DNA from: Epithemia pelagica
Lineage: Eukaryota > Protista > Bacillariophyta
Length of the DNA: 64,000 nucleotides
NCBI GenBank assembly: GCA_946965045.2
Contig: OX337229.1
Coordinates: 124,001-188,000, forward strand
Reading direction: 5' to 3'
In this document: positions 56,227 through 64,000 of the stretch, in pieces
How positions within the stretch are numbered: position 1 is the first letter of the stretch
Layout: every line of letters begins with the position of its first letter
Notes under the pieces: generated by a model
What the model was told of the DNA's origin: nothing
What the model saw: only the letters and a program-made list of their open reading frames with translations
The model's database searches: none
Position numbers and translations under genes: made by a program

Positions 56227-59200
56227 TTATTGTGGTGGTCGGGCAGGTAAGGTCGTTCGAGGTGGATCCCGATAGGGACCTCGCGGTGGAGGAGGATTAT
56301 TGTTGTTGTGGTTGGCATTGGCATTCCACGACGTGTTCATCCAACTCGTGGGAGGTTGGGGAGGTGGAGCAAAGGATGTGGGTGCCGACGAGGGGGGTCC
56401 CAGGCCAGCCGCTCCCATGGCCCCACCAAACGAGGAAGGCAGCGATGGTGGTTCTTCATCCCGACTGTTTGGATTGCTGTACAAGCGTTCGAGGAATTGG
56501 ACAAACAATCGCAATTGCAAGGTTTTGGGGGGAGCAAAGCGATCCGTTGCCTCGTCTGGATGTTGTTCCCCACTACTGGCACCTGGATGTTGTTGGGCTT
56601 CTTCTTGTTGCGCCTGCATTTCATCGTGCAAATTCAACACCTTTTTCAATTCTTCCAAATGCGCCGCGACATTGGTCGCGGTCAAGCCGGCTTCGGCATG
56701 CAACCAGGCTCGCGGTTGATGTTCCATGGAGGACACGAATTTGGGAGAAGACGCCGCGGCAGAAGCACCCGGTCCTCCACCATCCATGCGACCACGTTGT
56801 GGATTGTTTTGATGCATTTGTTGATAGACGGGGTTGTACATGGGTTGTTGTCCTCCAAAATTGGGAGGACCACCACCATTGCCTCCGCCCGCCCCAAAGG
56901 GGGAAGCCGCCGACATGCCGCCGCCACCCGCACCCGCCACGCCAGGCCGAAAGGCATTCATTTGTTCGCGCTTCTTTTTGAGCAGTTTGGTAAAAAAGGC
57001 CTTGAGGTATTCCAGCGTTTCGTATTTGAGCGTCGTTTGTGGGGTTTGGTCGCCAAACATGGAGGGCGAATTGCGGGCCGTCGAGGTACCACCGTAAATG
57101 TAATTAATGGCACGTTGAATTTCCGTGACACATCGCCCCATGTCAATATTCATCAAATCCACCACCTCTACGACAACATCGGATCGAGGACGACGTGGAT
57201 GGGCGGGAGGTTGTTCCACGACCACCCCAATGGGTGGGGGAGGGGACGACGATGGCGACGACGAAGAAGATGAACTGGAATCGACGGGTCGTGCCGTGGT
57301 GGTAATGGTCTTGGCTTCCATGGGACGTTGTGGTGGACCCACGGGTTGGTGTTGAATCGATGGGGATGGTGAAGGAAGGGGCGGTTGTGGAATCGTCGTG
57401 ACGGGTGTTGCCGTTGCTGTCGTTGTTGTTGTTGTCGTGGATGGAGATGTACTGCTGCTTGTCTTGGTGGATCCGGCTGTGGTAAAGGAGGCAAAGGGAG
57501 GTGGTCCACTATTGTGATTGTTGGTATTCTCCGAGGAGGACCCTCCAAAACTAGTAGTACTACCCGGCGTAGGAATGGCCGACATGGTCGTCGGAGTAGG
57601 ACTGGAGGGCGTCGAAGGAACTGCCGCCGAACGACGAGAAGGAGATGCCGTAGGAGGAGTGGGGGAGGATGTGGATGATCCTCGATTATTATTGGTGCCA
57701 GTGGGTCGTGCCGAAGGAGGTGGTGAGGGGGCAGCGGCCGGTGGAAACGACGACGATGACGATCCCATGGAGCCAGCCCCTCCAGTGTTGGATGCCGCAC
57801 TCTTGTGGTTGTTGTTGGGAGGAGGATTGTTGTTGCTCGTGCGGTCTCTCGTCTTGCGGTTGCTATTGCCCGTTGGAGGATTTTTGGTATTTGTATTCTT
57901 GGTAGTGTCAGTGGGAGGAGCAGTTTGTTGTTGTTGTTGTTGTTGTTGTTGATTGACAATGGTTTGCAAGGTTCCTCGTTTTTGTTCAATCCAATCCAAA
58001 TCTCGTTGATGAATATCCGCCATTTCTTGCGTCAAGGCGGTGCGACGTTCCTTGAGTTGGGTAATTTCTTCCAAGGCGGCGGCAATATCTCGTTCCATTT
58101 GCGCCAATTCTCGTTTCCATTGCAACCGTTGTCGTTCGCCGGGCAAGCGGCCTTCGCCGGGTTGGGACGGGGTACTACTACTGCCCGTCGGAAAGGGATG
58201 GACGGCCCGAAAACGGACAAAGGAATGGGCATTGTTGCGCGCCTTTTGATGCAAAAATTGATAAACTTCCTTGACGGAACTCCCATGCGTACTGGCCCCA
58301 TCAATACTCACAATGACATCGCCAATGTTGCGAATGGTACTACACGGTTCTTCGTATTGCACGTAACCGGCAAAGGCCACTTCGCCCTGTTCGGTTTCTT
58401 GCAAATAAAAGGGCACTTGGGCGTCCGGAGCCTTGTTGTTGTTGTTGTTTGGGTTGTTTTGGTTGTTGTTATTGCTGCCCTTGGGTCGCAAATACAAGAC
58501 AATGGCATCGTAATAAAAGGCATCATTGTTGTCCATCATGTTGTGCGTGTCCTGGGGCATGGAGGAATGATGCATGGACATGCCCCCGGGAGAATGACTG
58601 TAGGGATTGTGATGGTACAGGTTCGGATCCATGAAGGGATTGTTCTTGCTGTGGTTGTTGCCAAACGAAGACGAAGAGGAAGATGCTGTACTGCTGGTGC
58701 CTCCGGACGACGACGACGTGGTGGATGTTGTGGTCGTCGAATAGGGCATGTCCCGTTTGATTTGACGAACCGATTGGGGTTGACCGACATAGCCCCCGTT
58801 CCCTCCTGAAGGTGGTGGTGGTGGTGGTGGAGTGTTGTTGTTGTTGCTGTTGTTGTTGTTGGTTTTTGAATTGCTGTTACTTCTCGAAGACGACGAGGGA
58901 GGAGGAGGAGGAGTGGCCGCGGCCGCCAATACTACGGCGGTACGGATGGAACCATACTCTCTGCTTGGGGACTGCGGCGGTTTGTTGGTCGAACCGCTTC
59001 TCCTCCTGCTATTATTGGCCAACTGTTGTAATTTGTGTCGTCGTTCCCAAATCTGGGAGGTGGAAAAGGCATGAGTGACGACAACGGAAGGGTCGTGCAT
59101 AGTATTCGAGTCCCAGAAGAATACGACTCCCAGAATCAACCATACCAAGCAAGAGGGTCGAACAGTCCGTGTCCAGGATTGTCTAGTTCGGTGCAATCTT

Positions 59201-59307
59201 GTTCGTACAAAACTCGATTCTTGTTGAACCTGCATCTGTGGATTCGATCGTACTCTTGTTGCTTCGTCTTCTTCTTCTTCTCGTCGATTCTTTGTCTTGA
59301 TCATCAT
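56227..59307 (-). CDS. Large low-complexity protein with PDZ-like domain and coiled coil, possible plastid presequence
   Basis: VPFYLQET..IRNIGDVIVSIDG..SFVRFR (58515-58204), then a coiled coil. N-terminal hydrophobic stretch and THA|FS. Start uncertain (59307 or 59235). Confidence 0.7.
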   Translation of the reverse strand: MMIKTKNRREEEEDEATRVRSNPQMQVQQESSFVRTRLHRTRQSWTRTVRPSCLVWLILGVVFFWDSNTMHDPSVVVTHAFSTSQIWERRHKLQQLANNSRRRSGSTNKPPQSPSREYGSIRTAVVLAAAATPPPPPSSSSRSNSNSKTNNNNSNNNNTPPPPPPPSGGNGGYVGQPQSVRQIKRDMPYSTTTTSTTSSSSGGTSSTASSSSSSFGNNHSKNNPFMDPNLYHHNPYSHSPGGMSMHHSSMPQDTHNMMDNNDAFYYDAIVLYLRPKGSNNNNQNNPNNNNNKAPDAQVPFYLQETEQGEVAFAGYVQYEEPCSTIRNIGDVIVSIDGASTHGSSVKEVYQFLHQKARNNAHSFVRFRAVHPFPTGSSSTPSQPGEGRLPGERQRLQWKRELAQMERDIAAALEEITQLKERRTALTQEMADIHQRDLDWIEQKRGTLQTIVNQQQQQQQQQTAPPTDTTKNTNTKNPPTGNSNRKTRDRTSNNNPPPNNNHKSAASNTGGAGSMGSSSSSFPPAAAPSPPPSARPTGTNNNRGSSTSSPTPPTASPSRRSAAVPSTPSSPTPTTMSAIPTPGSTTSFGGSSSENTNNHNSGPPPFASFTTAGSTKTSSSTSPSTTTTTTTATATPVTTIPQPPLPSPSPSIQHQPVGPPQRPMEAKTITTTARPVDSSSSSSSSPSSSPPPPIGVVVEQPPAHPRRPRSDVVVEVVDLMNIDMGRCVTEIQRAINYIYGGTSTARNSPSMFGDQTPQTTLKYETLEYLKAFFTKLLKKKREQMNAFRPGVAGAGGGGMSAASPFGAGGGNGGGPPNFGGQQPMYNPVYQQMHQNNPQRGRMDGGGPGASAAASSPKFVSSMEHQPRAWLHAEAGLTATNVAAHLEELKKVLNLHDEMQAQQEEAQQHPGASSGEQHPDEATDRFAPPKTLQLRLFVQFLERLYSNPNSRDEEPPSLPSSFGGAMGAAGLGPPSSAPTSFAPPPQPPTSWMNTSWNANANHNNNNPPPPRGPYRDPPRTTLPARPPQ

Positions 59308-60074
59308 GAATGCGATTGGCGTGTTGCTCTCTTTGTGCAGTGTCTTTTTTGCTTGGGGAGTCCAACTCTGAGTCTTCTTAAGTCTTTGCTCTTCTGTTCG
59401 TAGACGAAATAATGCAATGCACAATGTTAGTGTGATTTCTCCAAAGTGTGCGGATTGCTATCCCAAGTCGCTCTTGAATAGGACGAGTGTCTCGGTTGAT
59501 CCAAACGATCCTTGTGAAAATTGGAGTAGTAGTAAATGTGTTGTCAAGACAATCTCTCTCTCTCTGTCCTCTCGACACAGTAATAACAGACGGCAGCAAC
59601 AATAGTCCCCGTTGCTGCGGCAATCTTCGTGGGTCTTTGGGTTCGTTGTTGTAAGGGTTGATGGTTTTCCGCAGCATGTCTTGGCAGCAGCTTTCGTTTG
59701 CGAAGAATGACAGAAGGTGAGACAGCAAGCAGACATGACATGTGTTTGTGCGTGTGAGGTGCGCGCGCGAGGCAATCGATGGGCGTGCGTGAATACAATC
59801 CGTCGCCGGCCCCGTTCTTGGAGGAGGAGTTCGAAATTCTCGAATTTCAAAGTCTTCCATCCACGTGTCCCCAAAAGTTGCCGCCGCAGCAGCAACAGGA
59901 GCAAATCTGGATCCAAACAACACTTTCAAACCCAGACCAATGCCCATCATGATGACTATAACCCAACATCAACATCAACCACAACCACAGGACAACGACG
60001 AAACTACTACTAGGCTCAAGAAGGACCTGAGACTGAGAGTCTCAAACTCTGTTGCGAGACAATCCAAAACTACC

Positions 60075-61412
60075 ATGGCTACCACCACCACGATTCAAAG
60101 GATCCAGGCCGTCCCAACAACGCCCAGAACAACAACCAAAACGACAATGACCACAACCACAACGACAACAAGAACGACGCATTCTTGTAACTCGACGACC
60201 AAACGACTATCGGCTGCATCGCAATGGTTCGGTTTGGTTCAATGTGTTGCAGTTCTAGTATGGAGTTGGACCAGTCCATTCGTGGTACAGGCATTTACGA
60301 CAAGGACACAAGGGCCGCATGCTCCTCCCCGAACTCCACGGTTCCTGGTACCCAACCCGTCTGCAGGCTCCATCCCAACAGCAGCACAATCCTTTTCACA
60401 ACAACCATGGCACAGAGTCACAAGTGCTGCGGTTCGATACCAGTCGTCCCAACGCAGCCGCCGCACCCGGTTGGGCGTCTCCATGTCTCCGCCACCGCAT
60501 CCGGGCAGTGGCAAATCGTCCTCCTCGTCCTCGTCGTTATTGGACGAATACGATGTCATTGTCTTGTATCCCAAATCGGAAATTCCCTTTTTTTTGCAAG
60601 AAACACCCACGGGCCAAGCCGCCTTTGCCGGTTACGTCCAATACGATGAACCCTGTAGTACGATTCGCAATGTCGGCGACGTGGTGGTGAGCATTGATGG
60701 TCTGTCCACGCAGGGCTTGACCATTCACAAACTGGTTCAATTGTTTCAAGAAAAGGCGCGCAATTGTGCCTATTCCTTTGTCCGATTCCGATCCTGTGTG
60801 CCGGGTGGCGGTGGCGCCGTGGCGGGCAGTGGGGGCACGGTGCCGTCCATGCCCCATGGGGCTGCAGCCTCGTCGTCGGCATCCTCGTCGTCGTTGGATC
60901 CTCTCGGTCAATTGCCGGGCGAACAACGGCGCAATCAATTGGAATTGGAAATTGCCCACATTGATTCGCAAGTTCAACTCAAATTGACCCAAGTGCAAAC
61001 GCTGCAAGAAAAAAAAGTGGCCAAGGAACGGGAAGTCCGCAAATTGGATCAATTGGATTTGGATTGGATTGAACAAAAGAAGCGAGAATTGCAAGCCAGT
61101 TTCGATGAGGATGAGGAGGACGACGACGAAACGGATCGTGACGAGGCGCAAGAACAAGGTGCTTCGCAGGATTCAGGCAACAGCAGCAAAAAGCCCAAAA
61201 CGAAAAGTACCACTCCATCCTCGTCCTCTCCGAGTTTTCCCAATAGTTGGAATCCGGGATCGTCCGCCGCCAAGCAAGCAGATCCGCAACCTCATTTTGC
61301 CTTTACCAACAAGCAGCAGCAACAACCGTCTGGGGCCAATACTAACAACAAGCCTCCGTCGTGGCCGTCGGCGGGTGGTGGTGGTCCTCCTCCACCACGC
61401 AGTGGACCCTAA
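60075..61412 (+). CDS. Paralogous PDZ-like/coiled-coil protein, possible plastid presequence
   Basis: IPFFLQET..IRNVGDVVVSIDG..SFVRFR (60546-60794), then a coiled coil with LDWIEQK. Leader LVQCVAVLVWSW..VQA|FTT. Start uncertain (59940-60148). Confidence 0.72.
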   Translation: MATTTTIQRIQAVPTTPRTTTKTTMTTTTTTTRTTHSCNSTTKRLSAASQWFGLVQCVAVLVWSWTSPFVVQAFTTRTQGPHAPPRTPRFLVPNPSAGSIPTAAQSFSQQPWHRVTSAAVRYQSSQRSRRTRLGVSMSPPPHPGSGKSSSSSSSLLDEYDVIVLYPKSEIPFFLQETPTGQAAFAGYVQYDEPCSTIRNVGDVVVSIDGLSTQGLTIHKLVQLFQEKARNCAYSFVRFRSCVPGGGGAVAGSGGTVPSMPHGAAASSSASSSSLDPLGQLPGEQRRNQLELEIAHIDSQVQLKLTQVQTLQEKKVAKEREVRKLDQLDLDWIEQKKRELQASFDEDEEDDDETDRDEAQEQGASQDSGNSSKKPKTKSTTPSSSSPSFPNSWNPGSSAAKQADPQPHFAFTNKQQQQPSGANTNNKPPSWPSAGGGGPPPPRSGP

Positions 61413-62344
61413 TCGATTGGAACAACCACAAGAGTGTGTGGGAAACTATAGATAGTAGTAGGATCATGGGACAGGATGAATTGTGGGACGATCAAAAGTT
61501 TATGGGTCGGAGCAAGAGTGTCGTCCAGTGTTGGGACTCACGAGTGTTGTGGATCAACCACAAGACTCTATCATATCACAAAGTATAAAAAAAGGGAGAG
61601 AGATGGAATACAGACCCAAAATGTCCAGGAGCAACGAAACCGGAGGATGCCAAGGAACAGAACCCATAACGAAGAAACAAAAGACAATGAAGAAGAGGGG
61701 AGAACCAGGTACCGAGAACCAACAGTGCGCGTCTGTTAAGGGTCGAATCAAAAGTCTCTAGAGGATGGAGGGAGGATGATTTCGACATACGGACGGCACG
61801 AAGCAGATGGAATGGCCACGCACAACTCACACACCTACAGACCAATTGAACTATTCACTCACACCTCACTATATCATAGAATCATGCCATACCAAACCAA
61901 ACCAAACCAAACCAAACCGTGTTACGAACTTCCACCACACACACAAACTCCTCATGTCCATTGCTTGCAGTGTGGCCCCGTTCATGTTACAAAAACGAAT
62001 AATAGGAATCCATGTTTGCTAGTAGAAGAAAGAATACTTGGTTCGGTTCGTCGGCAGTGGCTTTTCGAAAGCCGAATCTTGTGGAATCGACCACACATTG
62101 TAGAAAAGCGATACGGATATAAGAATGAGGAACACATGACGACAAGAGAGATTTTGCAACCAGTCGATTCCCACACAGAATACCTCTAGGAGTAGTTAGA
62201 GCAGGTTAGAGGGTAGAGCCCACAAAAGAAGTTGCGTAGACGGAATCCCGTGACGGCATCAGAGCGCGAGTCACGAGTTAACTCCCTCCATCCAACACAC
62301 AACTTGCGACGACGACGACGACGACGAACCGAACACACAACACC

Positions 62345-62700
62345 AACGATCGTGGAGGGGAGCGATTGAGAGAATACAAGAACGCAACAACGACAAGGAG
62401 ATACACACACGTGCTACCGCAAGTGATTGCAAAAAGGCATTGCGAGTCGTGGAATTTGCCTCCTTGTTTCAGTTCTCATTCTGTCGTAGCACCAACAGCA
62501 CCAACGACCACGAACGATCGTGAAGGAGCGATTGAGACATACAATAGAAGGACTACAGCACAACAGAACAACCACAACAAGGAGATACATTCACGCGCCG
62601 CAAGTCGTCGCAAGAGAACATTGCGAGTCGTGGAATTGGCTTTTCGTCGTGTTTGATTCCTCTCTCATTGTTGTACTCGTACCACAAACAACAACACCAA
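62345..62700. repeat. Diverged ~170-bp tandem duplication upstream of the gene at 62715
   Basis: AACGATCGTG..GAGCGATTGAGA..ACAAGGAGATACA..CATTGCGAGTCGTGGAATT at 62345 and 62513. Confidence 0.8.
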
Positions 62701-62714
62701 CAAGAACAACCACC

Positions 62715-63524
62715 ATGTTTTCGGCAAATGAAAATTTGCAATTGCGGCAACACAAGCGCCGCATTGTCAACAAGGTGGAATCTTGCATGCCAATCGAGAT
62801 TGTCGACGAAGGGTTGGTCAATGTCATGGTGATGCAAGTCACGTGTCGAGCGCCCGGTTGCGTTCCCCTCGAAACCGTGGTCCTCATCATGTTTGCCGGA
62901 GCCACGAACCACAACGACAAGGACACTGCGGCTCCCATGATCCCCGGTTTGCCTGAATCCGTCCCGGGTGGTTCCTATCAAACCAAAATTCTTCGTCCCA
63001 TGGCCGATGTAACGGATCAAGACGTTTTGGAAGCCTTGCCGCCCGCCTTTGAAGGAGGATTGCGAACCGCTGAACGCATGGCACTCCAAGCCCGCGATGT
63101 CATGTTGGCCCAAATCACACAATTGTTGGGCGATACTACCGAACAACAACAACCAGATACGGATTCCGCCAACTTTTCCTTGACGACCACCAAAACCACG
63201 ACGCCAGAACAGGAGCAAAAGGCCCAACGAATTCTGCAAGACAAGCGAACCATGGCACTTTACTTGCAACAAGCCTTACAAGACTATCTCGATCGCGATT
63301 GTGTGGCACCCGACTATGGAGAGCCCTTTCCGCCCCTAGAATCATCATCTCCTCCAACAACAACAACAGAAGACGAGGACACGACTGCTGCCAGCCAAAC
63401 CCCAACGACGAGCACCAACGATTCCACGACGACTCCCAGCTTGGTTCCAGAAAAACCCTCCTCTTCTCCCACTGCGGACACTTTGACTTTCACAGATGCT
63501 GCTGCTTCTTCTCGTAAGTCGTAG
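62715..63524 (+). CDS. Uncharacterised protein with a CxxPGC motif
   Basis: VMQVTCRAPGCVPLETVVLI..TKILRPMADVTDQDV; ATG at 62715. Confidence 0.65.
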   Translation: MFSANENLQLRQHKRRIVNKVESCMPIEIVDEGLVNVMVMQVTCRAPGCVPLETVVLIMFAGATNHNDKDTAAPMIPGLPESVPGGSYQTKILRPMADVTDQDVLEALPPAFEGGLRTAERMALQARDVMLAQITQLLGDTTEQQQPDTDSANFSLTTTKTTTPEQEQKAQRILQDKRTMALYLQQALQDYLDRDCVAPDYGEPFPPLESSSPPTTTTEDEDTTAASQTPTTSTNDSTTTPSLVPEKPSSSPTADTLTFTDAAASSRKS

Positions 63525-63731
63525 GAGGAGACAACACGCACACACGCACAAATCTTGTTGGACAAAGAGTTTGTGTATGTATGTGTGTGTGTTTGTGTGG
63601 ATGCCTCCCCATCCAATCGGGTTTGCTCATCACCATGCCTTGTGTGTGTGTCTATATATATATATATACAACATGATGCCCCCTCCCCCCAAACTACGGC
63701 ACAGTGTCCACCACCACCATGAGGCTCACGA

Positions 63732-64000
63732 ATGGCCGTGTTCGTCGTCAATATTTGCGACAAGAAGAACAAGTGCGGTTACGCACCGGAACTGGTGGAG
63801 GAGGACGAGGAGGACGACGACAAGCCCAAGCGGAACGAAGGTGGCATGCGCAACGACGACCCAATTGTCCCTGTTGTAGCACAACCACGAATACTACGAC
63901 GTCCCTTTTCGGGGATGACACCCTTTCCTAATAATAACAACAACAACACTCGCTTCATCTCAATTCATACCACCTATCAGTCTTATCATCATCCCCACAG
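63732..64000 (+). CDS. Possible 5' part of a gene running off the window
   Basis: ATG at 63732 (MAVFVVNICDKKNKCGYAPELVEEDEEDDD) stays open to the window end. Confidence 0.3.
   Translation, partial: MAVFVVNICDKKNKCGYAPELVEEDEEDDDKPKRNEGGMRNDDPIVPVVAQPRILRRPFSGMTPFPNNNNNNTRFISIHTTYQSYHHPH

Overview
Eukaryotic nuclear DNA, inferred to be from a pennate diatom. The inference rests on short GT-AG introns, ASAFAP-type plastid presequences, a CoDi-like Copia element and a Ni-SOD. I found no rRNA, tRNA or CRISPR array. About 20 host genes are present: a 2,300-aa repeat protein, three PDZ-like/coiled-coil paralogues, a class V PLP enzyme, a globin, a Ni-SOD, two RVxF-motif paralogues, two REX4-like exonucleases in a 2.3-kb inverted duplication, an ankyrin protein, a degenerate GT60, a plastid EF-Ts and several orphans. 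Two apparently intact transposons are the most unusual features. (1) A 6.9-kb piggyBac-like element (7536-14476) has TG..CA ends, a CTAT rather than TTAA target duplication and 255-bp diverged TIRs. It carries two orphan cargo ORFs, a palindromic repeat array and a spliced 1249-aa transposase with Tudor/SH3-like modules and a poly-Asn tract. (2) A 6.2-kb Copia element (21980-28214) has identical 113-bp LTRs with reversed termini (CA..TG), a 4-bp TSD, and gag and pol in one frame separated by a single UGA-CUA readthrough-type stop. Other highlights are a signal-peptide Ni-SOD with a ubiquitin-like RGG site but no ubiquitin domain, an E. coli-type EF-Ts with a plastid presequence, and a secreted repeat protein broken at an A-AAT-TTT slippery heptamer. 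All domain calls are by-eye motif recognition; no searches were run.
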